The notes under the pieces are model-generated. The model saw nothing but the letters and a program-made list of their open reading frames with translations. It was not told the DNA's origin and searched no databases. A DNA stretch of 54,770 nucleotides from Gammaproteobacteria bacterium (GTDB lineage: Bacteria > Pseudomonadota > Gammaproteobacteria > JAKDMP01): NCBI GenBank assembly GCA_030452225.1, contig JAKDMP010000001.1, forward strand, positions 1-54,770, given 5' to 3'. This document shows, piece after piece, positions 1-7,664 of the stretch; within the stretch, counting starts at the first letter, position 1; each line of letters begins with the position of its first letter. The position numbers were made by a program, and so were the translations under genes.

Positions 1-3000
1 TCGCGATCATGCGCCCGAGTTTATCGTATGTGTAGTCGGTATGGTTGCCCCCCGCATCGGTCTTGCGCGTCACCTCGCCCAGCGAGTCGGTCTCGAAGCT
101 CAGCGTGCCACCCAGATCGGGCACGTTCAGGCTGGTGCGAAAGCCCGCGCCGTTGTAACTGACCGCGCTCTGGGTGCCATCGGGGCCGGTGACTTGTACC
201 ACTTGCCCGAATGGGCCGTATTGGTAGGTAGTTGGGTTCCCATTCGCATCCAGGATAGAGACCACTTGCCCGAGCGGATTTACCGTCTTTTGGGTGGCAT
301 GGTCCGCCGGATCGGTAACCATGGTCACAAAATCATCGGGATAGTCAACGGTGGTGATGGCCGTGCCCTCCGCCCCGGTTGGCACAGTAATTTCCTTCAG
401 CCGTCCCAATGCATCGTAGTCGTAAGTCGTCCAGTGCGGCGAATCGCCGCTGAAATGCGGCGCGCTTTGCTGCGCCACTTCGCCCAGGGCGTTGTAGCGG
501 GTCAGAGATTGCACCCATTTTCCGCCGCGTATGACCGTTTTGGCGTAGGTGCGCCCGTAGCGGTCCACGTACCTTCTCCTGTTTCCGACAAGACCTCCAC
601 CGGCGTCGTAGGTGCGAAAACGGGCGAAGTAGGCCCAACGGGAGCAACTTTGCGTACAGGCAAAATAGCGGATTTCCGTATAGGCGCCGGAAGGCAGGGC
701 GGCCTGCCTGATGCGCCCGAAGCCGTCGTGTTGGATAGTCGTGGTGGCGCCGTTGGGCGCGGTCACGGAAGTCTTGACGCCGAGCGCCTTGTTCCAGTGA
801 ATACTCGTCTCCTCGCCGAGCGGATCGGTGACGCTGGTTCTGAATGCACCGTGCGAATCGTAGCCGAACTGCGTGACGCGCGAATCCATCGGACTGCCGT
901 CCGACTTGTGACCGATCACCTCGATATTTCTGAGGTTCCCAAGGTCGCCGTAGGTAAAATTGGTCGTGGTTTGCAGTTGGGTCGCAAAATTGGCGTTACT
1001 GACACTCTGGTCGTAGCGACAGTGCCCGAGATCGGGCGTCAGGTTCGTTTTGCTGGTTTTGCTCTCGCCCGTAGGGAGAGTCTTCGTTGTGGTGATCGAG
1101 GTCGCCAGCCCGTAGCACCAATTGTCAGCGCCCGTGCCCTGCGTCGTGGCCCGTTCCACTGTGGTTGTCCAGGTATCCCCGGACGTATCGCTGATTTGCG
1201 TTTTGATTTTGTTCGGCTCGTGGAAATCGTCGTAGTAAAAGCGCTTCGACAAACTGTAGAGCCTGTTGCCGTTCTTGTCGTAGAAGGTGGTCTCGCGAAG
1301 GTCGAGATTTACCGGCGCCCCTCCATCAATATCGAAATAGGTGCGCTCGGTGCGTCGGATCTTGTCTCCGTTCGACTGGGCGATTGTGACTCGCTTGGGA
1401 AACCCGCTTTTGTACCGGTTGAAAACGAATTCTCGGGTGATCGTATGGGTGCTGCGGTTGTCGGTCGCGACGCTCGTTTCGATTCCCGCAAAGCCGCTTC
1501 CAGGAAGGGCGAGCGGCGTCTGGTACTGCCAACTGACATGGTACTCTCCGCCGATGCCGTCGTTGCGAGTGACCTTCTCGAGAACAGGTTTGCCGTCAAG
1601 GGTAACCTCGAAACTCTCGGGCACGAAGCCGCCGGGATCGACCACATCCGCATCCGACAACGCCGTCCAGACGAGTTCCGCATGGTTGCCAAGGCCGTCT
1701 TCTACCCTGGTCAGCAGATCGGGGTACAGCCCCTTGCGCGAGGCGATGTAGATGTCATTCGCACTCGTGCCGACAAGATCGTGGAGACCTCGCCCCTGCA
1801 GGTCGGCCACTACCGGGTGCGCACCGAAGTGCACGCTGGATACGCCGGTGTCCACCGATGCGGCCAGCGCTGTGCCCGTGGAGGCGAGGAGCATCCAGTC
1901 ACCGCCGGTTCCCGGCACCAGAATATCGTCGCGCCCGTCGCCGTTGTAATCCACGGCAACGGCCTGATTCAAAACCAATCCGTTGGCACTGGAACCATAA
2001 GTCACCGCTTCAAACCCCGCCCCGGTGTTGAGGTCCAACTCGGCGTTATCCAGGCGAAACAGATCGCTCAGGCCGTCACCATTGACATCAAGCGCAATGA
2101 AATTCCCATCCCCAAGCTGACTGTAAATTTCGAGAGCATTTCCGTTCCAAGTCAAAACCTGATCGAAGGTGCGATCCAGGACAGATCTGGGCGAACCCGG
2201 CGGACAGTGATCAAGACCGCAAATCACTTCGTGATGGTGGATTTTCACGATGATACCCGTCTGCCGATGATGAAGCTTCAGCCTGCCGTGTACGCTGCGC
2301 GCAGCCGTCTGACCCTCGGCCTTGAACTCCAGCACTTCCTCGTAATGGTCGGCATCGGAGGAGTAGGCATGGGCCGTCTGCACGGCCCCGAAACCAGGGT
2401 CATCTTCCAGGCTCGCCTGATTCAGGCGCAGGTAAATCTTGTGCGCGCCGTAGGTCACGAGATCGTCGTAGCCGTCCCCATCGACATCCACCGCCGCGGC
2501 TTCGCCCGTCGCCGGGATGTTGTCATTGCTCGAACTGAAGCTGCTGCCGTTCCAGTGCAGCACCTCCCAGTTGCCCTGGCTGTCGACGTAGAGGATATCG
2601 TCGGCGGCACCGCGGCGAAAATGAATCGGCTGTGCCCAGGTTGGGTGGTTGGTTGAACTGGCTCCCATGCCTCGCGGGCTGCCCAAGCCGCCGTTGGCTG
2701 CCCCGAAGCGAGCCCACCAATCTCCTGATCGCGCGTAGATCAAGTCCTCGCGCCCGTCGCCATTCACATCCGCGACGAAAACAGCGCCGCCGTTTGGCCC
2801 CGACTGACCGGTGTTCTGTGCCGCTTCGAAACCCGGCGCGCCCTCCTGCCATTGGAAATCGGTGTCCGGCAGGCAGTTACCGTTTGCATCGCATTCTTCA
2901 AGTGAATCCAGACGAGTACGATTTGAGTCTTCACCGGAGGGGAGATAACTTGGGGTCCAGCTCAAGAGCAGCGAGTTGTTGTATTTGAGCGTTACGCTGG

Positions 3001-3841
3001 ACAATCGCCTGTCCCGGGTAACGAGGGTGCCTGCCACGTAGTGGTATTGGATGGCATCCGCCGGCACGGTGGCGTAGCTAAACACAAATTCGTGATCCGC
3101 GCTCTTGTTCTCGCCCGGATTACCGCCCCATTCCACCTTGCTGAGATAGTATGCATTCGTGCCGCTCGGCTGCGTGTAGTGGAAAGTGATGGTGTTGCCG
3201 GACGCATCGAAAATCCTGTCGAGCGCCCAGATTCGGCCCACCGTCTCGCCGGAGCCGTTCTGAGCCGTCACTTCCGAGTGGTTGTAGCGGCCGTACTCCC
3301 ACAGGCTGCCATCCGGATGGAAAACCTTGAACCTTTCGGGCCCGGCGGCATTGTTCGAGGTGTAGGAATAGGCTTTCAGGTGTGCCGTGGGTGTGATGGT
3401 ATAGCTCGCACCGTTGTGGCCATAAGTGCCCGAGCTGTGCTTCAACGTCCGGCCGTCAAGACAGAACCTGTCGCTGCTGGTGAAATTCACCGGAACCGTG
3501 GAGCCATCTTCGTTCGTCGCAGGGCAGCGCTTGATGATCGAAAGCCCGCCGATGGTCGCATCCCGGCCCAACAGACCCGGCCCGGAGCCGCTGGCGTAGA
3601 TGATCGAAAGCCGGGGTGCGAACCCGCCCGCGCCGCCGGGGGCGGGAAGCGGAATCGAATAGACCGCCTGCCCCGTTGCCGTGGTCGAAAAGTGGCCCTG
3701 GATCGCGCCAACCTCGCTGGCCGATGCGCTTGAAGCAATACCGAGCGCGGCGACGAGCCCACAGAAAAGCGCAAAGGATACCGTCAAAGCCTGACGATGA
3801 AACAATGCTCCGCCATCTCGCGCGAAAAGCGTAATGGTCAT
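1..3841 (-). CDS. Secreted SpvB/TcB-like N-terminal domain + FG-GAP/VCBS repeats + TcdB-mid-like segment + RHS/YD-repeat protein (Tc-toxin B/C or polymorphic-toxin type); 3' end off-window
   Basis: Not in the ORF track because it runs off the left edge. The minus-strand frame from ATG 3841-3839 (GGGAGG 6 nt upstream) is open for 1,280 codons down to nt 2. My translation shows a signal peptide (...LGIASSASA|SEV) and an SpvB/TcB N-terminal motif (GQAVYSIPLPAPGGAGGFAPRLSIIYASGSGPGLLGRDATIGGLSIIKRC). FG-GAP loops: VADVNGDGREDLIY, VDVDGDGYDDLVTY, LDVNGDGLSDLF, VDYNGDGRDDILVP. LYPDLLTRVEDGLGN is TcdB-mid-like. YD/RHS repeats include NPLGQVVSILDANGNPTTYQYGPFGQVVQVTGPDG and GGNHTDYTYDKLGRMI. Confidence 0.8.
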   Translation of the reverse strand, partial: MTITLFARDGGALFHRQALTVSFALFCGLVAALGIASSASASEVGAIQGHFSTTATGQAVYSIPLPAPGGAGGFAPRLSIIYASGSGPGLLGRDATIGGLSIIKRCPATNEDGSTVPVNFTSSDRFCLDGRTLKHSSGTYGHNGASYTITPTAHLKAYSYTSNNAAGPERFKVFHPDGSLWEYGRYNHSEVTAQNGSGETVGRIWALDRIFDASGNTITFHYTQPSGTNAYYLSKVEWGGNPGENKSADHEFVFSYATVPADAIQYHYVAGTLVTRDRRLSSVTLKYNNSLLLSWTPSYLPSGEDSNRTRLDSLEECDANGNCLPDTDFQWQEGAPGFEAAQNTGQSGPNGGAVFVADVNGDGREDLIYARSGDWWARFGAANGGLGSPRGMGASSTNHPTWAQPIHFRRGAADDILYVDSQGNWEVLHWNGSSFSSSNDNIPATGEAAAVDVDGDGYDDLVTYGAHKIYLRLNQASLEDDPGFGAVQTAHAYSSDADHYEEVLEFKAEGQTAARSVHGRLKLHHRQTGIIVKIHHHEVICGLDHCPPGSPRSVLDRTFDQVLTWNGNALEIYSQLGDGNFIALDVNGDGLSDLFRLDNAELDLNTGAGFEAVTYGSSANGLVLNQAVAVDYNGDGRDDILVPGTGGDWMLLASTGTALAASVDTGVSSVHFGAHPVVADLQGRGLHDLVGTSANDIYIASRKGLYPDLLTRVEDGLGNHAELVWTALSDADVVDPGGFVPESFEVTLDGKPVLEKVTRNDGIGGEYHVSWQYQTPLALPGSGFAGIETSVATDNRSTHTITREFVFNRYKSGFPKRVTIAQSNGDKIRRTERTYFDIDGGAPVNLDLRETTFYDKNGNRLYSLSKRFYYDDFHEPNKIKTQISDTSGDTWTTTVERATTQGTGADNWCYGLATSITTTKTLPTGESKTSKTNLTPDLGHCRYDQSVSNANFATQLQTTTNFTYGDLGNLRNIEVIGHKSDGSPMDSRVTQFGYDSHGAFRTSVTDPLGEETSIHWNKALGVKTSVTAPNGATTTIQHDGFGRIRQAALPSGAYTEIRYFACTQSCSRWAYFARFRTYDAGGGLVGNRRRYVDRYGRTYAKTVIRGGKWVQSLTRYNALGEVAQQSAPHFSGDSPHWTTYDYDALGRLKEITVPTGAEGTAITTVDYPDDFVTMVTDPADHATQKTVNPLGQVVSILDANGNPTTYQYGPFGQVVQVTGPDGTQSAVSYNGAGFRTSLNVPDLGGTLSFETDSLGEVTRKTDAGGNHTDYTYDKLGRMIA

Positions 3842-3916
3842 CTTGTACCTCCCTATACAACAGAATCGCTATTGGTTTGAATAGGTGCGATCTGTTTGAA
3901 TTTTTCTTTCCCTTGA

Positions 3917-3944
3917 AATATAGCACAAAATTTCAAAAATGCAA
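3917..3944 (-). promoter_or_regulatory. Candidate sigma70-type promoter for the RHS-repeat gene
   Basis: Minus-strand TTGCAT (3944-3939), 16 nt spacer, TATATT (3922-3917), in the AT-rich stretch about 75 nt upstream of ATG 3841. Sequence match only. Confidence 0.35.
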
Positions 3945-4270
3945 GTCGATGTGTTGCACCATTGCCAATCACCCATTGTGATACGGGTTTAGACATGGTG
4001 AACAAGGTGTTGATTGACAAGAGTCGAATGCCGGCAGAACGGTGCTCGACAGTTCTGCACAATTCGGTTGCAATGTACGAGGAGAAGTTGCCGATATGTA
4101 CCGCAAGAGCGGCCCATGGCCGCGACGTGAACCCAGGCTCCAATCATTTCGCGCATGGCGCGCTCCTGCCGCTTCGATCGGCGCAATGGAGTACCGGCAT
4201 GGTTTGTCGACAACCGTTTACTAAAACCAGGGCAATGCCGAAAAAACGTGCGCATCAGGGTTCGGCAAGA

Positions 4271-4304
4271 TTCCGGATCGCTGCTTCGCAGCGTCCGGAA
4301 TGAC
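4271..4304 (-). repeat. REP-like palindromic element (GTCATTCC-head family); probable terminator hairpin downstream of mtnP
   Basis: The minus strand reads GTCATTCCGGACGCTGCGAAGCAGCGATCCGGAA. The arms TTCCGGA(T)CGCTGC / GCAGCGTCCGGAA pair with one bulge. It lies 11 nt past the mtnP stop and is related to the copies at 5316-5352, 44727-44755 and 44802-44842. Confidence 0.6.
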
Positions 4305-4314
4305 AATGCTTGAA

Positions 4315-5070
4315 TTATTCGGGGCCGTCCTGATTTTCGGCAAGAATCGGCAACAGGGCGCGGAGGAGATCGCGCACCTGTTCGATACCGCGCGCCAGGG
4401 ATTGCGTGATTTCGGTGTGGATATCCCCGCCGCCGCGGCCGGCCGCGCGATTGAGTACCACGGCGCAAACGGCATACGGCAGCTCCAGTTCCCGGGCGAG
4501 TACCGCTTCGGGCATGCCCGTCATGCCCACCATGTCGCAACCATCGGTTTCCAGTCGGTTGATTTCCGCGGCCGTTTCGAGCCGCGGCCCCTGCATGGCC
4601 GCGTACACCCCGCCATCCAGCAGCTCGACCACGGCCTCACGTCCGGCGGCCAGCAGGCGCGCGCGCAGGCCGGCATCGTAAGGCTCGGTGAATTCCACGT
4701 GCACCACGCTCTGGTCGTTGAAAAAGGTGTTGTCGCGACCGCTGGTGTAATCCACGATTTGATCCGGTATGACGATCCTGCCCGGAGCCATGTCGGCGCG
4801 AATGCCGCCGACCGTACTGACGGCCACGATGGCCTGCACGCCGATACTTTTCAGCGCCCACAGGTTGGCACGGTAGTTGACGCGCTGCGGCGGAATGCGG
4901 TGACTGGGGCCATGACGCGCCAGGAACACCGCTTCGCGACCCGACAGTTTCCCGTGCAGCAACGGGCCCGAAGGCTCGCCATAAGGGGTGTAGCAGACTT
5001 CGCGCCGGGAAATTTCCAGCCCTTCCAGCCGGGTCAGGCCGGTGCCGCCGATGATTGCGATTGCCGTCAT
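4315..5070 (-). CDS. mtnP: S-methyl-5'-thioadenosine / 5'-methylthioinosine phosphorylase (MTAP-type purine nucleoside phosphorylase)
   Basis: 251-aa track ORF with an ATG start. MTAIAIIGGTGL..., ...VFLARHG..H.IPP..VNYRANLWALK..G... and ...CDMVGMTGMPEAVLARE... are typical of the MTAP/PNP family. Confidence 0.85.
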   Translation of the reverse strand: MTAIAIIGGTGLTRLEGLEISRREVCYTPYGEPSGPLLHGKLSGREAVFLARHGPSHRIPPQRVNYRANLWALKSIGVQAIVAVSTVGGIRADMAPGRIVIPDQIVDYTSGRDNTFFNDQSVVHVEFTEPYDAGLRARLLAAGREAVVELLDGGVYAAMQGPRLETAAEINRLETDGCDMVGMTGMPEAVLARELELPYAVCAVVLNRAAGRGGGDIHTEITQSLARGIEQVRDLLRALLPILAENQDGPE

Positions 5071-5133
5071 GTGATGATGCCTCCAGAATGTTTGAACGGA
5101 TGCGGCGCGGCGAATGCATCAACCTCACCCCAG

Positions 5134-5156
5134 CCCTCTCCTTTGGAGGGAGAGGG
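5134..5156. repeat. Palindromic hairpin CCCTCTCC-N7-GGAGAGGG followed by a T-run (REP/terminator-like)
   Basis: A perfect 8-bp stem (5134-5141 / 5149-5156) is followed by CGTTTTTG. It lies in the mtnP-hpt spacer. Confidence 0.5.
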
Positions 5157-5207
5157 CGTTTTTGAACCGGATTCCCGGCCTGCGGGCGTGATGCGTATTC
5201 ATACTGG

Positions 5208-5227
5208 GTTCCCGCCTTCGCGGGAAC
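5208..5227. repeat. Palindromic hairpin GTTCCCGC-CTTC-GCGGGAAC
   Basis: Perfect 8-bp stem with a 4-nt loop in the mtnP-hpt spacer. Confidence 0.5.
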
Positions 5228-5315
5228 AACGATTGAGTAATAATCAAGTTTCCCAAACGCGGATAGCCCGGGAAGTCTCCTATGCCAAGACTTTGCAAGG
5301 GTCGGATGTATTTTC

Positions 5316-5352
5316 TCCGGACAGCAGTGCGCTTCCGCGGGAATGACGAGGA
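5316..5352 (-). repeat. REP-like element (GTCATTCC-head family)
   Basis: The minus strand reads CCTCGTCATTCCCGCGGAAGCGCACTGCTGTCCGGA. Its first 16 nt are identical to the copy at 44727-44755. It lies 8 nt downstream of the hpt stop. Confidence 0.55.
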
Positions 5353-5359
5353 GGCTTCT

Positions 5360-5902
5360 TTAGTCATCGAGGGCGTAGAGGGCGGAGAGGTTGCGCCAGC
5401 GCCCGGCATCGTCCAGCCCGCAACCGACGATGAACCGGTCGGGCACCTCGAGCGCCACCGAATCGGGCGGTGCGCCACGGGCGCGATCGTGGCGCTTGCG
5501 CGCCAGCACCGCGGCGGACAACCGACCCGCGCCCGCCTGCCGACAGGCCGCACGCACGGCATCCAGGGTTAGGCCTTCGTCATAAATATCGTCCACGATG
5601 AGCACGCTTCTTCCTTCCAGGTCCGCCGCAGGCGGGCGCTGCCAAACCAACTCGCGCCCGTGCCGCCGATCGGCGTAGCGGCTGACGTGTGCGTAATCGA
5701 GTTCGAGTGGAATCTCGAGCGCCAGCGTCAGCCATGCCGCATAGTAAATCGCCCCCTGCATCAACACCAGAACCAGCGGATAGTCGTTTTTCAGCATCGG
5801 GCGCAATTCCGATGCCTGCCGCGCAATGGCTGCCTGCACGGCCTCGGCCGTGTGGACCATTTCGCCGGGGGGCGCGTAGCGTTCGTTTGCGTCGTCTTGC
5901 AT
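5360..5902 (-). CDS. hpt: Hypoxanthine-guanine phosphoribosyltransferase
   Basis: The PRPP-binding motif VLIVDDIYDEGLTL and the C-terminal ...RFIVGCGLDDAGRWRNLSALYALDD fit the Pseudomonas-type Hpt. The track start at 5908 is TTG and overlaps the nagZ stop as TTGA. The first ATG is at 5902. The start is uncertain by 2 codons. Confidence 0.85.
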   Translation of the reverse strand: MQDDANERYAPPGEMVHTAEAVQAAIARQASELRPMLKNDYPLVLVLMQGAIYYAAWLTLALEIPLELDYAHVSRYADRRHGRELVWQRPPAADLEGRSVLIVDDIYDEGLTLDAVRAACRQAGAGRLSAAVLARKRHDRARGAPPDSVALEVPDRFIVGCGLDDAGRWRNLSALYALDD

Positions 5903-5904
5903 GT

Positions 5905-6948
5905 TCAACCTTCCAGCTTGAACGGTCCCTGTTCCATCAGGCGCGACAAGGATTCCCGCGTGGCGCGCAGGCGCGGATCGGAGCCGAGCGCGTTTCGATC
6001 CGGGCGTTGCTCCGGCAGCAGGCGCGCACTGCGAAGCGCCGATGCCGGCGCGGGAAACAGCGAATCCGCCCCGTCGAGCACCGACTCCACGGCTTCACGA
6101 TGATTGCATACCGGCGCAAGATCGCAACCGGCATCGAGTGCCGCTCGCACCCTGGCAAGCGCTGTCGAGAGCATTCCCGCCGCATCCATGCTCAAGTCAT
6201 CGGCAACGATCGCGCCCTCGAAATGCAAGTCGGTGCGCAGGATTTCATGAATCCAGCGCCGCGACAGGCTGGCCGGTTCTGCCGAGACTTCCGAGTAAAC
6301 GACGTGGCTCATCATGATGGCCGAAACCCCGTTGTCGATCAGCCGCTCGAAGGGCTTCATGTCGGCCTGCGCAAGATCGGCGTAGCGGCGCCGATCCACC
6401 GGCCGCTCGACATGCGTGTCGCCGGGAACGCCACCGTGCCCCGGGAAATGCTTGGCGACCGCACGCATGCCGGCCTCGTTCATGCCGCGCCTGAAGGCGA
6501 GCGCCAGTTCGCCGACCGCATCGGGCCGACGATGGAAGGCACGGTCGCCGATCACGCACGAGCGCCCCCCCAGATCCACCACCGGCGCAAAGCTCAGGTC
6601 CACGCCCAGGGCCAGCAGCTCGGCCGCCATCAACCAACCGGTGTCGCGCGCCAGAGCGCGAGCCGCATCGCGGTCATCGTCCCACAGCTCGCCCAGCAGG
6701 GCCATCGGCGGCAGGCGCGTGACGCCATCGCGCAGGCGCTGCACCCGCCCGCCTTCCTGGTCGATCGCGATCAGCAGTTGCGGCTCGCGCAAGGCGTGGA
6801 TTTCGCCGGCGAGTGCGGCCACCGTTTCGGCATCCGGCGTGTTGCGGGCAAACAGGATGACGCCGCCGACCAGCGGATGCTTCAGCAACTCGCGGTCGGC
6901 CGCGGTAAGCTGCGTCCCCTCGACATCGACGAGCAAGGGACCGAGCAT
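5905..6948 (-). CDS. nagZ: Beta-N-acetylhexosaminidase (peptidoglycan recycling)
   Basis: 347 aa with an ATG start. ...LKHPLVGGVILFARN..., IAIDQEGGRVQR and ...KHFPGHG... are GH3 NagZ hallmarks. Confidence 0.9.
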   Translation of the reverse strand: MLGPLLVDVEGTQLTAADRELLKHPLVGGVILFARNTPDAETVAALAGEIHALREPQLLIAIDQEGGRVQRLRDGVTRLPPMALLGELWDDDRDAARALARDTGWLMAAELLALGVDLSFAPVVDLGGRSCVIGDRAFHRRPDAVGELALAFRRGMNEAGMRAVAKHFPGHGGVPGDTHVERPVDRRRYADLAQADMKPFERLIDNGVSAIMMSHVVYSEVSAEPASLSRRWIHEILRTDLHFEGAIVADDLSMDAAGMLSTALARVRAALDAGCDLAPVCNHREAVESVLDGADSLFPAPASALRSARLLPEQRPDRNALGSDPRLRATRESLSRLMEQGPFKLEG

Positions 6949-6953
6949 CGCTT

Positions 6954-7178
6954 CTACCCTTCCATGGCTATCGGCGTGTCCGACTCGACGAGGTCGAACA
7001 GCTCGATGCCGTCACGGTTGCGCATGCGCACGCAGCCACGGGATCGTGCAACCCCCATCGGCGCTTCGTCCGGCGTGCCCGGGATAGGGATGAAGCGGCG
7101 CATGGTGTCGTTGCGGCCGAGCCAATTGCGGCCCGGCCCGGTGCCCGACGGCCACAGTTCGACGACGGGATCGCTCAT
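6954..7178 (-). CDS. 74-aa protein equal to the C-terminal half of a YkuD (L,D-transpeptidase) catalytic domain, with Pro at the catalytic His position
   Basis: GPGRNWLG...FIPIPGTPDEAPMGVARSRGCVRMRNRDGIELFDLV aligns by eye to GPxNPLG...IHGT...S.GC[IV]R[ML].N.D...L of YkuD. ATG 7178 overlaps the CYTH stop as ATGA. Confidence 0.55.
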   Translation of the reverse strand: MSDPVVELWPSGTGPGRNWLGRNDTMRRFIPIPGTPDEAPMGVARSRGCVRMRNRDGIELFDLVESDTPIAMEG

Positions 7179-7663
7179 GAGCTATTCGCCTCCCAATCCC
7201 GGAAAGGTGTCATCGCCAGGTTCGCATTGTAATAGCGCTCGTCGCGGGTCACCTCGGCGCCGAGCCAGTCGGGGCGTGAAAACGACTCGTCTTCGGTGCC
7301 CAACTCGATTTCCGCGACCAACAGCCCGGCATTGGCGCCCAGGAATTCGTCCACCTCCCAGACATGCCCGTCAACGTGCGCGAGATGACGATACTTTTCC
7401 ACCACCTCGCCCGTTGCCAGGCGCAACAAGGCCCGGGCATCGGCCGTCGGGACCGGGTATTCGAACTCGGCGCGCGCCGCGCCGACCTTGTGCTCCTTGA
7501 TACACAGCCAGGCGGCAGCGGCGCCCTTCTCCACGCGCACCCGTACGACCGCCCTGTCCGAAATGGCGAGGTAGGCCTGGCGGTATCGTTTCGGCCCGGC
7601 TTCGGCGACGGCGCGCCACGCATCGCCGGCGACCCGAAACTTGCGTTCGATCTCGATCGCCAC
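7175..7663 (-). CDS. CYTH-domain protein (CyaB/ThTPase-like triphosphate tunnel metalloenzyme)
   Basis: N-terminal ExExK motif (VAIEIERKF), plus ...EFEYPV... and ...WEVDEF.G.N.GL.VAEIEL.... I place the start at GTG 7663, 1 nt after the rlmD stop. The track's longer 199-aa version would overlap rlmD by 110 nt. Confidence 0.75.
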   Translation of the reverse strand: MAIEIERKFRVAGDAWRAVAEAGPKRYRQAYLAISDRAVVRVRVEKGAAAAWLCIKEHKVGAARAEFEYPVPTADARALLRLATGEVVEKYRHLAHVDGHVWEVDEFLGANAGLLVAEIELGTEDESFSRPDWLGAEVTRDERYYNANLAMTPFRDWEANSS

Positions 7664-7664
7664 A

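Noticed and set aside
41-2656. 871-aa plus-strand ORF, the longest ORF in the supplied track for this region
   Set aside because: It is the antisense shadow of the RHS-repeat gene. Its composition is dominated by R, G, A, V and P with no recognisable motifs. The minus-strand frame gives coherent SpvB, FG-GAP and YD repeats plus a signal peptide and an SD.
3853-4303. Small ORFs in the RHS upstream spacer (96 aa on the minus strand, 113 aa and 60 aa on the plus strand)
   Set aside because: They have no SD, no recognisable motifs, and mutually overlapping frames. I treated them as non-coding.
5689-7500. 603-aa plus-strand ORF across hpt, nagZ and CYTH
   Set aside because: It is an Arg/Pro/Ala-rich shadow ORF opposite well-supported genes, which is typical of high-GC DNA where stop codons are rare off-frame.
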